Source: an uncultured virus (IMG/VR IMGVR_UViG_3300042508_000149)
Lineage: Duplodnaviria; Heunggongvirae; Uroviricota; Caudoviricetes
DNA: 64,000 bases
Reading direction: 5' to 3' (one strand)
Virus record (IMG/VR): IMGVR_UViG_3300042508_000149
Shown piece by piece: positions 1 through 10,477 of the stretch. The notes under the pieces were generated by a model, which was not told the DNA's origin, made no database searches, and saw only the letters and a program-made list of their open reading frames with translations. Position numbers and translations under genes: made by a program. How positions within the stretch are numbered: the first letter of the stretch is position 1; every line of letters starts with the position of its first letter.

Positions 1-3000
1 TAACTCATTCATCGAGAGTTATATACCCGGCAAGATCCTTGGCGATCTTGGTCTGTATGGCCGCACCAAGCTAGTAGAGAAAGCCCTTGAGCGTGGTGGC
101 TTTACCAAAGAAGCACTGCGTATCGGTGCCAAAGCTTCTGGTATTGCTGCACAGGAAGGATTGACCGAGGCTACACAAGACATTATCAATAGCACAGCCG
201 TTAAGATTATTGATGAAAACTATCAGGTCTTCTCTCCTGAAAACTTAAACAAATACCTTAACTCGTTTGCGGCTGGTGCAGCGGCTGGTGCAGGCCCTGG
301 ATTGCTTGGAGCGGTAGGCGATCGAACACGGCCGGTCCAGACACCACCGGAAACTCCGCCACGTGGCGGAGTTATTTCACCTACACCCCCTGCTGTTGAG
401 CCTGTTGCACCGCAGCAAGTTGGTGCAGTGCAGCAACCTGTAGCGCAGGCAGTGCCACAAGCGCAGCCACAAGTAACGGTGCCGCCGGTTACTCCTGCCA
501 TGGAGATGCCGCAAGCTGTTCCGCCGGTTCAGCCTGTTACTGCTGCGCCGCAAGCTTCCTTGCCAGCGGTTACGCAGCCCGCAGCACCACCAGTAGCACC
601 GCCTGTTACATCAATTCAAGCAGCGCCGCCAGTACAGCAGGCAGCGCCACCGGTAACACAACCTGCTCCACCTACTACAGTTCCACCTGTACAGGCTGTT
701 ACTGCACCGCCATCAGTACCTCAAGTAATTTCTCAAGCACCTTCTGTAACTCCAGCAGTAACCACTCCAGAAGTCACGGTGCCGCCGGTTACATCGATGC
801 CTGCATTGCCGGCGCCGCCTGTAACACCAGAGCCTGGGCCACCGGAGTTTGTAGAGCCACCACCAGAGACTGGTCCTGCACCGTTACCTGAAGAGATTGC
901 TCCTGTATTTGAGTATGAGAAGGAATTGCTTGGCCGCAGGGAGGCGCTTGAAAAAGGTAAGGGAAGTCTTTGGTCTGCGCTTAAGGGAAGGATATCTTAC
1001 GAAGACATCAAAGATGCATCGCCAGACATCGAGTTCCGCACGCTGGCGGGCAATCCTACCAATCCTAATTTCAAGGGATTGGATCTCATGGTCAAGGATG
1101 GTGATCTCGATGCATGGCTGCCGCCAGAATTGCAGAGCACAAACTTTGATCGTGATCCAACGCTAGAGACGGTTGCCGTTAATTCGATTAAAGAGCGGCT
1201 GGCTGACAAGGATCTTTTGACTGATGCGACCAAGCAAGAGCTTGAGATTATTGACTATGAACTGTCGCAGATCATTCCGCTTATAAGGGAGTATGAGAGT
1301 GAACTTGAAAGAGAGCTTGCCGTTACCGAAGCCGCCGAAGCCGCCCAGCGCGAAAGGCTCGATGCTGAACAAGCTGCGCTTCAAGAAAGCTTGGCAGAAG
1401 CTGTCCCCAAGAGCGAAGCGGGAGTTGCTAGACCTGGCGAAACTGCCGGACAGCGTCCTATTCCCGCAGTCACCCAAGCCGTAACTGCTCCGCCTGCCGT
1501 ACCGCAAGTAACTGCACCCCCGGTAACCGCTGCTCCTGTATTGCCAAAGAATGCGATACAAGCAGAGCGGGATATGTTTACCCAGTTCAGGGATGAGCTG
1601 GATAGACTAGGCCTGAAGGATCTTAACCTTGAGTTCACCCGCCCGAAGAGAACCAAGACAGGTTATACCTTGGGCGAGATGGCTACCTACGTTACAAGAG
1701 ATATCGGCGCCACTGGCAACGAAACCCTTAAGGTAACTGGCAGGCTATTACGTGTAGCCATTGATCTTGCCAAACGTACTAAGTCATCAACAGCACAGAA
1801 CCCAGAGCGCATCAAGAGAACCTTGCATCACGAGGTAATCCATGCGCTGCGGTCGATGAATCTATTTACCGCGGATGAGTGGCGGATTCTTTCAGAGGCT
1901 TCAGCGAAAGACTGGGTTAAGCGCAAGTGGCCAGACGACCATGGCATGACGGTCGAACAGATCTATCGCAAAGAGTCTAAGGATACGAAGCTTGAAGAGG
2001 GTGTGGCCAGGGCGTTTGAGTATTACACCCGTGGTGAGTTTCAGCCAGCGGGCGCTGTGGCTAGGATCTTTCAGAAGACCAAGGAGTTCTTCAAGAAGCT
2101 TGCTGACTACGCCATGGGGCTTGGCATTACCGAGACAGAGGCGGAAGTCTTTGAACGGATCATGTCAGGTGAGATTGGTTCTCGGGTTCGTAAGGACCAA
2201 ACGCTATACAAGCAGCCTTATGACAAGGCCAACATAGAAGCAGGCTTGGATCATAGCGACGCATTTAACAAATGGTTTGGTGATAGCAAAGTTGTTGGCC
2301 CTGATGGTAAGCCGCTTGTGGTTTACCACGGCACTGAGGGCAAAGATTTCCAAGCGTTTTCAACCAAATCAGCAGGTTCGTGGTTTAGTGAAGATCCTTA
2401 TATTGCTCAGATGTATGCCGGCAAAGATTCCTCTCAAATAATGCCTGTATACCTCAGCATAAAAATGCCTCTAATGGTTCCGCAAGATATAGATCTATCA
2501 AAAAGCTCTACGGTAGAGGAGGCGCTAAATAGAATTAATGATGAGAACGGCACAACTTTTGAAGCTACGGACATAGGTCTCAAAGATTCCGATGAAAAGA
2601 TTGCGTATGAGTTTCTAGCTTCTGATTCATTTATAAATCTGGCGAGGCGTAGCGGGTACGATGGTCTTGGAGCCTACGAAAGCGGCTACATGACTTGGAA
2701 CGCTTTTGAACCTAACCAAATCAAATCAGTCTTCAACAAAGGTACATGGAGCCCTGAGTCTGAGATCATTCTTGAGAACCGTGTTGAGTCTGAAGAGATC
2801 ATCCTCAATGCAGCCAATCTTGATGTAGATCCAGAAGCTTCCATGAACAATCTGGTGAAGTCTGGACCGGACTTCAATCAGATCAAGAACAACACAAGGG
2901 ATTACATCAAGGATCTTGCTACTGACAAAGCAGACATCCTACTGAGCACATTGAACCTGCGCCAGCTTGGTGAGATAGCATCAGATGCATTACCGCAGAT

Positions 3001-5569
3001 CAAGAAGTTTTACCGTGCGGTCAATGACATGCTTGCCTATCGAGATACGCGTATTACCAAGGCGGCTGATATTGCTACGCCATGGGTTGCGTTTAATGAC
3101 AAGAATCCAGAGTTGGCCAGGGCGCTTGCTGATGTCATGCATGACGCCACAATTGCCGGCATCGATCCTGATACACGGTTAGATGAAATCAAAAACCCAG
3201 AGTTATTGAAAAACTGGGAGAAGGTTTCTGCTAACCCCGAGGCGCTGAAGATATACCGTGAGGTTCGTGATTACTATGCGGAATCGCTAGACCTATATCA
3301 GAAGGCTCTTGAGCAGCGTATCAATGAAAGCATGGAAGAGGGTCGCCCTAAGACGGCTGCACTCTTAAAGCTTGAGCAAGAGTTCAATCGCATCCGCGAG
3401 ACAGGGCCTTACTTCCCCTTGGCGCGTTTTGGTGACTACTGGGTTTCCTTTGATACTTTTAATGACGAAGGCAAGAAGGTCCCCGAGTACTATATGTTTG
3501 AAAGCCGCAATGACCAGCGGCAGTTTATTGACCAGCTAAACAAGCAAGGTATCAAGCACAAGAGTGGCGTCAAGACGAGAGAGATGATCTCCCAGGGTAT
3601 ACCCATGACCGGGTTTGTTCGGGAGATGATGGATCTAGTAGATGGCATGGATGGTGACAAGGAAGCTCTCAAAGACAACATCTGGCAAATGTTCCTTACC
3701 ATGCAGCCAGACCTGTCCGCCAGAAAGCATTTCATCCATCGTAAGAAGGTAGCTGGTTACAGTCCTGATGCGCTACGTGCGTTTGCAGAAACATCCTTCC
3801 ATGGCGCCTATCATCTTGCCCGTGTGCGTTATAACGGTTCACTTGAGGCTTTGGTTCTTGAGGCGAGAAAGTACAAGGAAGAGAATCCAAGCGTAGAGGC
3901 TGATCGTTACTTTGATGAATTGCTTCGTCGTAAGCAGTGGGTCAATGCACCGGAGGATGTGAATAGCTTCAACAGTTGGGCAACAAGCTTCTCATTCCTT
4001 TACTTCCTTACTGCACCAGCGTCTGCTTTGGTCAACATTGCACAGACGCCCATGGTTGCGTTCCCGTACCTTGGCGGTAAGTTCGGATACGGCAAGACCT
4101 TCTCTGCGCTATCGCAGGCCAGCAAGGATTTCTTTGCCAGCGGCATCGGTAAGGGTCGTGGATTCTATGATGTGATCCGCACCTTGCAGGAACGCGTGGA
4201 TGAGAAAGGAATCTCAGACAGAGAAAGAAAGCGCCGCGAGGAAGAGCTTGGCGCCATGCAAAAGCTTTATGAAGATGGCACGCTAAATCGTACCCAGACC
4301 CTGTCACTAGCAGGATTGGCTGAGCGTCCTTCTGATGTGTTGCAGGGCGGCCTTGGTTCTGTCATGCGTAATAAGTCATTCACTACGGTGCAGAAAGTTA
4401 CCTACGGGCTTGGTTATGCATTCAATCAGGCTGAGGTATTTAACCGGCAGATCACTGCGCTTGCGGCTTATCGGCTAGCCAAGGAGCGTGGGCTTACACC
4501 TGACGTTGCCTTGCAGATGGCCAAGGACATTGTGAATGAAACGCATTTTGAATATACGAATGCGACCAAGCCACGGTTCATGCAAGGACCAACCGCAAGG
4601 ATCATCTTCCAGTTCAAGAACTATGCACAGCAGATGACCTACCTGCTTGTACGTACAGTGAATGAAGCTGTACGTGATGCAGATCCAGAGGTTAGGCGTG
4701 AGGCACAAAAGCGTCTCGGCGGCATCTTATTCATGACCGGGTTGTTTGCTGGTTACGAAGGCTTGCCCATGTACTGGGTTATCGAAGGCGTGATGAACGC
4801 CATGTTCGATGATGAAGATGAGCCTTATGACTTTAACAACAGCGCAAAGAATACGATCGCAGATTTGTTTGGATCAAATGCTGCACGCATCCTGAGCAAG
4901 GGTGCTGTGTCAGAGATTCTTGGTGGTGACGTGGCTAACCGGGTTGGCATGAACGGTATGTGGTTCCGTGATTCCAATAAGTCTGCTGATGAGGTAGAAG
5001 CCTTCCGCCAGTTTGTGACTGACCTGGCTGGCCCGTTTGTTGGTATTGGTGTCAACATCTCTGACGGTATCAAGAAGATCAACGACGGTAATACTTATCG
5101 TGGCATTGAGGCCATGCTTCCGCCTGTGCTCAAAGACTTCATGAAGGTTGGTCGTATGGCTACCGAGGGTGCGACTACCCTGCGTGGCGATCCGATTGTT
5201 GGTGAAGTCAGTACATGGGGATTGTTCTTGCAAGCCCTTGGCTTTACGCCTGTGGACATTGCACGTGGCTACGAGGCCATGGCAGAGATCAAGGGTATGG
5301 ACAAGGATCTGGATCAGCGCCGCAAGCGTTTGTTGCAGCAAGTTACCTTGGCTCAGATTAACGGGGATTACACGGCGTTCGGTGAGATATACGACAAGAT
5401 AGAAGTGTTTAACGAGAAGAACCCAGAGAACCCGATCAGCAAGGAAAGCATCAAGCGATCGCTTGCACAGCGTGTCAAAGATTCTGACCGGGCGCTGCGT
5501 GGGATTATCGTTAACCCGAAGCGGGAGTACTTGTTGGAGGAGGCGCGGTACCTTGGGGAGGAGGACTAG
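1..5569 (+). CDS. Large polyvalent internal virion/ejection protein, 5'-truncated (Pro/Ala-rich linker, HExxH metallopeptidase-like, ART-PolyVal-like and PLxRFG domains)
   Basis: Frame is open from position 2 (NSFIESYIPGK...). Motifs: LHHEVIHALR; WFGDSKVVGPDGKPLVVYHGT...AFEPNQIKSVFNKGTW; YFPLARFGDYWV. Confidence 0.75.
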   Translation, partial: NSFIESYIPGKILGDLGLYGRTKLVEKALERGGFTKEALRIGAKASGIAAQEGLTEATQDIINSTAVKIIDENYQVFSPENLNKYLNSFAAGAAAGAGPGLLGAVGDRTRPVQTPPETPPRGGVISPTPPAVEPVAPQQVGAVQQPVAQAVPQAQPQVTVPPVTPAMEMPQAVPPVQPVTAAPQASLPAVTQPAAPPVAPPVTSIQAAPPVQQAAPPVTQPAPPTTVPPVQAVTAPPSVPQVISQAPSVTPAVTTPEVTVPPVTSMPALPAPPVTPEPGPPEFVEPPPETGPAPLPEEIAPVFEYEKELLGRREALEKGKGSLWSALKGRISYEDIKDASPDIEFRTLAGNPTNPNFKGLDLMVKDGDLDAWLPPELQSTNFDRDPTLETVAVNSIKERLADKDLLTDATKQELEIIDYELSQIIPLIREYESELERELAVTEAAEAAQRERLDAEQAALQESLAEAVPKSEAGVARPGETAGQRPIPAVTQAVTAPPAVPQVTAPPVTAAPVLPKNAIQAERDMFTQFRDELDRLGLKDLNLEFTRPKRTKTGYTLGEMATYVTRDIGATGNETLKVTGRLLRVAIDLAKRTKSSTAQNPERIKRTLHHEVIHALRSMNLFTADEWRILSEASAKDWVKRKWPDDHGMTVEQIYRKESKDTKLEEGVARAFEYYTRGEFQPAGAVARIFQKTKEFFKKLADYAMGLGITETEAEVFERIMSGEIGSRVRKDQTLYKQPYDKANIEAGLDHSDAFNKWFGDSKVVGPDGKPLVVYHGTEGKDFQAFSTKSAGSWFSEDPYIAQMYAGKDSSQIMPVYLSIKMPLMVPQDIDLSKSSTVEEALNRINDENGTTFEATDIGLKDSDEKIAYEFLASDSFINLARRSGYDGLGAYESGYMTWNAFEPNQIKSVFNKGTWSPESEIILENRVESEEIILNAANLDVDPEASMNNLVKSGPDFNQIKNNTRDYIKDLATDKADILLSTLNLRQLGEIASDALPQIKKFYRAVNDMLAYRDTRITKAADIATPWVAFNDKNPELARALADVMHDATIAGIDPDTRLDEIKNPELLKNWEKVSANPEALKIYREVRDYYAESLDLYQKALEQRINESMEEGRPKTAALLKLEQEFNRIRETGPYFPLARFGDYWVSFDTFNDEGKKVPEYYMFESRNDQRQFIDQLNKQGIKHKSGVKTREMISQGIPMTGFVREMMDLVDGMDGDKEALKDNIWQMFLTMQPDLSARKHFIHRKKVAGYSPDALRAFAETSFHGAYHLARVRYNGSLEALVLEARKYKEENPSVEADRYFDELLRRKQWVNAPEDVNSFNSWATSFSFLYFLTAPASALVNIAQTPMVAFPYLGGKFGYGKTFSALSQASKDFFASGIGKGRGFYDVIRTLQERVDEKGISDRERKRREEELGAMQKLYEDGTLNRTQTLSLAGLAERPSDVLQGGLGSVMRNKSFTTVQKVTYGLGYAFNQAEVFNRQITALAAYRLAKERGLTPDVALQMAKDIVNETHFEYTNATKPRFMQGPTARIIFQFKNYAQQMTYLLVRTVNEAVRDADPEVRREAQKRLGGILFMTGLFAGYEGLPMYWVIEGVMNAMFDDEDEPYDFNNSAKNTIADLFGSNAARILSKGAVSEILGGDVANRVGMNGMWFRDSNKSADEVEAFRQFVTDLAGPFVGIGVNISDGIKKINDGNTYRGIEAMLPPVLKDFMKVGRMATEGATTLRGDPIVGEVSTWGLFLQALGFTPVDIARGYEAMAEIKGMDKDLDQRRKRLLQQVTLAQINGDYTAFGEIYDKIEVFNEKNPENPISKESIKRSLAQRVKDSDRALRGIIVNPKREYLLEEARYLGEED
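352..373. repeat. 22-bp palindrome AACTCCGCCACGTGGCGGAGTT, copy 1
   Basis: Perfect inverted repeat, in frame as TPPRGGV. Confidence 0.95.
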
Positions 5570-6485
5570 CCGGGGAAGGTGCTATCACCCGGTTCTCATA
5601 GTCTATCCCGCAGAAGGTTGCGTAGTCTCTCAGGGTTCTAACCTTACCAAGGCCATAGATCCCTAGATCTTTCTTGTGATACAGCAGATCGGCCATGCGT
5701 TCGTTGGAGCGCTTGGCCATGTCCCACCACCTCACGGTACGCATCTCATCATCTTCAGATGCCCAGTGCCTCAGCTCTTTATTCCTTCCATAGAAGTGAT
5801 ACACGGGGGCAAGGGGTGGGTGTAGGACATCATAGCCATGGGTGTAAGCACGAACAGCGATATTCTGTTCCTCGCCATTGAAGTACAGCACGGGATCGTA
5901 TGGGACTTCATGAACGAACTGGCCAAGGGTAAAGATGAACCCGGCGCCTACGTGGCACGCTGGCACAGGGAAGTCAGACTTCATCACATCGGAGGTAAAG
6001 GTTAGGAGCGGGTCGGCGTCCTTAAACTTCTCACCTTCTTTGATCTTGGAGTAGATAAGGTCTTTGGTAAACGAAGTATCGGTAGGCTTGCCATCGATGA
6101 ACTCAAAGCCACGGGCGTAGCAAGAGTAGAGTTTCTTTGGGTTGGGCGTGAAGTTACTTTGCATAAGGGCTATGCAAGTCTCATCCCAGTTCTGATCAAA
6201 CCAACTGTGAGAGTCTACTTGCAGGAAGTAGTCCTCATGGTGATACAGAGATTGCGCCAGGTGGCGGGCCCAGCAAGCACCGCGGGCGTCCACTGATCCT
6301 ATGAATACATAACGGATCTGGTCTGCGAAGCCAGTCTTTTCTACGGCTCTATGCTGAGGTATGGATCCTTGATCAACGATACCGAATACAAGATCCTTTG
6401 GGTTCTTAGCTTTCTTGTAGCAATCGTTTACTGTGAACCAGAGTAAAGGATCTCTATAGGATGCGATGCTAACGAAGATTGTCAT
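5511..6485 (-). CDS. Glycosyltransferase, GlcNAc (Skp1 GlcNAc-transferase-like) family
   Basis: MTIFVSIASYRDP start, GACWARHLAQSLY, FLQVDSHSWFDQNWD, VPYDPVLYFNGEE. Confidence 0.85.
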   Translation of the reverse strand: MTIFVSIASYRDPLLWFTVNDCYKKAKNPKDLVFGIVDQGSIPQHRAVEKTGFADQIRYVFIGSVDARGACWARHLAQSLYHHEDYFLQVDSHSWFDQNWDETCIALMQSNFTPNPKKLYSCYARGFEFIDGKPTDTSFTKDLIYSKIKEGEKFKDADPLLTFTSDVMKSDFPVPACHVGAGFIFTLGQFVHEVPYDPVLYFNGEEQNIAVRAYTHGYDVLHPPLAPVYHFYGRNKELRHWASEDDEMRTVRWWDMAKRSNERMADLLYHKKDLGIYGLGKVRTLRDYATFCGIDYENRVIAPSPASPPPQGTAPPPTSTPASG

Positions 6486-6762
6486 ACAGTCCCTCGATGG
6501 TCATGGCGAGTAGGTCAAGCTCGCTGAGTTTGTATCGTGTATAGAAGCCTCGCTCACCAAGCCCATGGACGCCCGAGTTTCCTTGATGGTGCTCAGGGCA
6601 CAGAGGCGTGACAAGGAAGTTGCTAGCGCGTTGGCTCATTCCCTGTCCTTCTCTTATGTGATGAATGTGGGCTGGTGTCTGGCCAAGTCCTAAGTGTTTG
6701 CACAGGATGCATCCCATACTGGCAACGCGATCCATGTGCGCTTTATCTGCTTTGCGAGTCAT
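6469..6762 (-). CDS. ref: Ref-family (recombination enhancement) HNH-type nuclease
   Basis: CILC...IHHIREGQGMSQRAS...PLCPEHHQG...GVH. Confidence 0.8.
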   Translation of the reverse strand: MTRKADKAHMDRVASMGCILCKHLGLGQTPAHIHHIREGQGMSQRASNFLVTPLCPEHHQGNSGVHGLGERGFYTRYKLSELDLLAMTIEGLYDNLR

Positions 6763-7025
6763 GCTTGATCATTGTCCCAAAGCTTCCATTCCTCGCCACT
6801 CTTCACAACCTTCTTGGCGTCTTCTATGCCGGCGTCATATCCGGCACGGAATGCTCTGCCATAGGAAGATCGGGAGAACATAAACCGGGTGGCTTTAATA
6901 TCAATCTTCAGTTCTTCGTACCACTTGGCCCATGCGTCGTATGCCGGATGGATTTCCGCGGGGCAGGTTCTTCCTTGATTGCATTCACCATGGCAGGGTG
7001 GGCAGCTTTTCATTTGTTCTCCCAT
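6759..7025 (-). CDS. Hypothetical protein with small Cys motif
   Basis: CPPCHGECNQGRTCP; coupled to neighbours. Confidence 0.6.
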   Translation of the reverse strand: MGEQMKSCPPCHGECNQGRTCPAEIHPAYDAWAKWYEELKIDIKATRFMFSRSSYGRAFRAGYDAGIEDAKKVVKSGEEWKLWDNDQA

Positions 7026-7204
7026 ATACCTATCATTTGGTCCTTGTGTTCGCTGAGATGGTTCAATACGTTGTAGGCCATTTTGATTTCTGTAATGGCT
7101 TCAAGGCATAGGCCCATGGCGGTCATGTAATCATGGTTCTGGCAAAGGTCATACACGCGACTCATCAGTTGGTCTGCTTTGATCAAGTGGCCCGAATAAT
7201 CCAT
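7010..7204 (-). CDS. Hypothetical protein
   Basis: Probable start MDYSGHL after AGGA; lies in the operon. Confidence 0.5.
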   Translation of the reverse strand: MDYSGHLIKADQLMSRVYDLCQNHDYMTAMGLCLEAITEIKMAYNVLNHLSEHKDQMIGIWENK

Positions 7205-7481
7205 CAATATGTTCCTGTAGTTCTTCACACATAAGATCACTAAGGGTCTTGCCAAATACCGTGACGGCATTCCCCTTGGTGGATTTAGAAATAACCATCA
7301 GGGCCTTTTCAAAACCCTGACGATAGCCCGCATGGTAATCAAGTTGGGCTGGACCTATTGCGTCGATCGCCTGCCTCACGAGTTCAGATGCCATGCCTGG
7401 TTTCTCGCGCAGCTTCTCTACTTGATCAGGGCGCAGGTAGACCTGGTAAGGCACTAGCTTTCGTTTGTACTTCGCTTCCAT
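7149..7481 (-). CDS. Hypothetical protein, possible ribbon-helix-helix DNA binder
   Basis: YQVYLRPDQVEKL...SELVRQAID. Confidence 0.5.
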   Translation of the reverse strand: MEAKYKRKLVPYQVYLRPDQVEKLREKPGMASELVRQAIDAIGPAQLDYHAGYRQGFEKALMVISKSTKGNAVTVFGKTLSDLMCEELQEHIDGLFGPLDQSRPTDESRV

Positions 7482-7891
7482 TCTTCAAACTCCTTACGCA
7501 GATCGATCAATGCACCTTGGGCTTCTGTGTTGCTTGCTAGCTCCGATCGAGATTCGATATTCAAAGCCTCGCATATAGCCCTGGCGGCGTCATCCTCTGA
7601 GTGAGAAAAGCACCACCCGGTGTCTACGCACCAACGCTGGAAGTCAGGATCTTTGGCCAGTATTCCTGCGGTCTGCACAAAGCTACTGACCTTGGGCCTA
7701 ACGTATGGTTGCTCATCATCTCCGATCCGTACCATGGCCACGGCGTAACGTGATCCTACAAAGTCACGCACAAGGTCTTGATGCAGGTCATCAGGATGGA
7801 TGGCTAGCGTAAGCATGAAGCCTTCTTTGTTCTGACGCAGGGATACCTTGACGCATTCAAAGTTAACGGGATCCACCAAACATCCTTCCAA
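7454..7891 (-). CDS. Conserved phage hypothetical protein
   Basis: AGILAKDPDFQRW...ICEALNIESRSELASN. Confidence 0.6.
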   Translation of the reverse strand: MEGCLVDPVNFECVKVSLRQNKEGFMLTLAIHPDDLHQDLVRDFVGSRYAVAMVRIGDDEQPYVRPKVSSFVQTAGILAKDPDFQRWCVDTGWCFSHSEDDAARAICEALNIESRSELASNTEAQGALIDLRKEFEEWKRSTNES

Positions 7892-8354
7892 AAAATGATT
7901 TGATACGTTTGCCTAGCGATATGGAACGGTCAGGCCCAATCCTTTCAATGTACTCATGCGTTGTGATTGGCATGACCTTGGTCGGATCATCTTTGGGTCC
8001 TATCGATCCAAGCCCTGATGCCGGTGCAATGATCGGCCAGATAATCCACATGGGCCGCTTGAACGCTGTGCATACAGAAGAAAGAGATGAACCTTTCTTT
8101 ACCGCCAGGCGAATGGATCGCTCCTCGGAAGATCCAACAAAGCCTCTGCGCCAACCGCCAGCAGGCGAGAACATCTGCTTGCAGTATTTGTAGACTGTCT
8201 TGTCAGATAGCTTCAGCGCCCCTGCGATGGATTGAGGATGCCAACCCAGGTTGTAAAGGTTATAGATCTCCTTCTTATCGTCTTCAGATACGAAGTAGTG
8301 ATGTCTGTCGTATTTCTTTGGGCTACGACGGCGCCGCTTCTTGGGCGCCTCCAT
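7863..8354 (-). CDS. HTH-containing protein
   Basis: QSIAGALKLSDKTVYKY helix-turn-helix pattern. Confidence 0.55.
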   Translation of the reverse strand: MEAPKKRRRRSPKKYDRHHYFVSEDDKKEIYNLYNLGWHPQSIAGALKLSDKTVYKYCKQMFSPAGGWRRGFVGSSEERSIRLAVKKGSSLSSVCTAFKRPMWIIWPIIAPASGLGSIGPKDDPTKVMPITTHEYIERIGPDRSISLGKRIKSFFGRMFGGSR

Positions 8355-8635
8355 CAGAATGGAATTTCTCTGTCGTCGATCTGGGCCGGAGGAGGCTTTG
8401 GTGCGTTATCCTGCTCCCATCCTTGGCGGACCTTGCAGTTGTAGTACTGGCCGCTGCGCCCTTCCTTGGCCCACATGGACAGTGAAATCTTAGGCGTCTC
8501 TCCATGCTTTACCTTATTCACAATGTAAGCACACAGTTCTGCTGATAGCTCAACATCGCCACGGTAGTCTGGCGATCGATCGGTCTTAATCCGTGGGCTG
8601 AATAGGTTCGCTGAATCGTAGTATTTAGTTTCCAT
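8354..8635 (-). CDS. Small ssDNA-binding-like protein
   Basis: SPDYRGDV motif, acidic DDREIPF tail, adjacent to ERF. Confidence 0.6.
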   Translation of the reverse strand: METKYYDSANLFSPRIKTDRSPDYRGDVELSAELCAYIVNKVKHGETPKISLSMWAKEGRSGQYYNCKVRQGWEQDNAPKPPPAQIDDREIPF

Positions 8636-9281
8636 TTATCTCATCCTTACGTGCTTTGAACTTAGCTAACAGGTCCACATACAGCGACTCATCGTGGGCC
8701 TTGATCTTTGCTACTGCCTCTTTGTTGTCCTTCCAGAACGTGTTTAGTTCCGCCTCAGTATTTGCCTTGGGCAAGAACTGTATGAACATATTCATAGCAA
8801 AATCAACAACTTCCGCCATACCTTTAACAGGTTCTTGAGATTTAGGCTCAGGTTTGGGTTCCGGCTTGGCTTGCTGAGGTGCAGAAATAACTCCGCCACG
8901 TGGCGGAGTTTTCACAGCCGCATTACCGTCATCATCTTCTGGAGCGATACCGCAAGCCGCCATGAGTGAGTACCTACGTGCGTACGTCAATGCCGATCCA
9001 TAGCCCTGAGCATCATGCTTTGCTGCTGGTACATGAAGCTTGCCCGCGGATAACAGTTCGCCTGATGTATGGACAAAGACTGTTTCAACTGTCACGCCAT
9101 CTTGACACTCATGCGTCATTTGCATCAATGCGATGCCGTTGTCATTCAGCGCATCAATCACTGCTTCAACGCACGTGGCAAGGTCTGCGTACTTAGACCG
9201 GAAGTGCGGGTTGTTACTTTGTTTTAGTGCAGGGCTAAATCCCTTTTGTGCTTTAACTAATGCTTCCGCTATCTGCTTCAA
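8625..9281 (-). CDS. erf: ERF-family ssDNA annealing protein
   Basis: NPHFRSKYADL...AQGYGSALTYARRYSL...APEDDDGN. Confidence 0.92.
   Translation of the reverse strand: MKQIAEALVKAQKGFSPALKQSNNPHFRSKYADLATCVEAVIDALNDNGIALMQMTHECQDGVTVETVFVHTSGELLSAGKLHVPAAKHDAQGYGSALTYARRYSLMAACGIAPEDDDGNAAVKTPPRGGVISAPQQAKPEPKPEPKSQEPVKGMAEVVDFAMNMFIQFLPKANTEAELNTFWKDNKEAVAKIKAHDESLYVDLLAKFKARKDEINGN
8889..8910. repeat. 22-bp palindrome, copy 2
   Basis: Exact copy, in frame in the ERF linker (KTPPRGGVIS). Confidence 0.95.
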
Positions 9282-10122
9282 TTGCTTCTCCTAGTTGTCT
9301 ACCGAAATCACAGTACTGCCTTACATCACAAAAACTTGTACATCTTGTATTAGCTCCGGGGCGGTGAACGATTTCCTGGCCGGGCTTTACTGCATCCTTT
9401 GCTTCTTGCTCTAACAGGAATACCTTCAGTGCTCGCTTGGCGCCTGGCTTCATGATGGCCCATGTCTCAGGCTTGGCCCATCGTTCGTCTGGTGTGCACA
9501 GTGGCGGATCATCCATGACTGTTGCGGCATGAAGTGCGATACGGCTTTTGATAAAAGCTTCTTGCTCTTCAAAGGTCCACAGGGGTACATCGATCTGTAC
9601 GATCGGTGCTTCTGGATAGTCCGCCTGGCGGCCTACGTTCCTGCGAGCCCAGTCTCTTACGATCGCATTGATCTTCAAGCCAACGACGTTATGGCCATGA
9701 GCACGGGCAAGATAGGCGTAGCAGTTCAGTTGGTACTCCCATTCGATCTTACCTTGCATGACTGCAAAACTGCTCGTAACTTTCCAGTCCTCAATGATCC
9801 GTCCATGGGGCGTGACAACCTGGCGGTCGATCGCACCGGAGATCTTCCAGCCGTTGATCTCTTTGAAGTACCGCTGCTCAGTGATCACGTCTTCTTCTGA
9901 GAACTTATCGAGGATGTGATGGACGGCTGTACCGAATAGGCTGAAGACGGTATCGGATACGTCTTGCTCCATCTCATCGAAGTGCTTGTGCTTGAGTGCC
10001 ACGACCCGCGGGCTGTCGATAAGCTCTGTGACAGATAGCTTGGCATCGCCCTTGGAGTAGTTCTTGTTGCGTGCAAAGCGCAGCAGGACGTCTGGCAGGT
10101 TGTATTTGTTAGTGATGTTCAT
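9253..10122 (-). CDS. PD-(D/E)XK exonuclease (Cas4/RecB-like), partner of ERF
   Basis: GTAVH, ISGAID, IEDWKVTS, EYQLNCY, C-terminal CxxFC...C. Confidence 0.8.
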   Translation of the reverse strand: MNITNKYNLPDVLLRFARNKNYSKGDAKLSVTELIDSPRVVALKHKHFDEMEQDVSDTVFSLFGTAVHHILDKFSEEDVITEQRYFKEINGWKISGAIDRQVVTPHGRIIEDWKVTSSFAVMQGKIEWEYQLNCYAYLARAHGHNVVGLKINAIVRDWARRNVGRQADYPEAPIVQIDVPLWTFEEQEAFIKSRIALHAATVMDDPPLCTPDERWAKPETWAIMKPGAKRALKVFLLEQEAKDAVKPGQEIVHRPGANTRCTSFCDVRQYCDFGRQLGEAIEADSGSIS

Positions 10123-10261
10123 GGCTTACTCTCTTCAAACTTCTCCATAGCCGCCTGTAAAAGTTGTAGTACTTCTGGGTTAGGTTCCTCAAGGTAGCGG
10201 TGAATCCAGAACATAACGTCCTCCGCCGCAAGGATGGCTTCGTATAACCATCGCTCATGGT

Positions 10262-10477
10262 TCATCGCTCCCTCCGTTTAAGCATTTCGTCCGCCACAAG
10301 GTATGCAATATCTGCAAAGGCAACCTCTGGCTTTTGATTGGGCACCTGGCCCCACTTGCCTGAAAAGATGCCGGTGATTACAGCCGCGGCAAAAAAATCT
10401 CTGAGCGCCATCCCTGCTGTGTTTGGCTCATGCAGATGTCCTACGTCATGTGGGAATGCGTATTTTGTTTTAGCCAT
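10262..10477 (-). CDS. Phage hypothetical protein (AFP...GM.LRD.FAA family)
   Basis: Paralogue of 12011-12226. Confidence 0.65.
   Translation of the reverse strand: MAKTKYAFPHDVGHLHEPNTAGMALRDFFAAAVITGIFSGKWGQVPNQKPEVAFADIAYLVADEMLKRRER

Noticed and set aside
9253..10122. cas4 as part of an adaptation module
   Set aside because: Sits with ERF and an SSB-like gene as an ordinary phage recombination exonuclease; no cas1/cas2.
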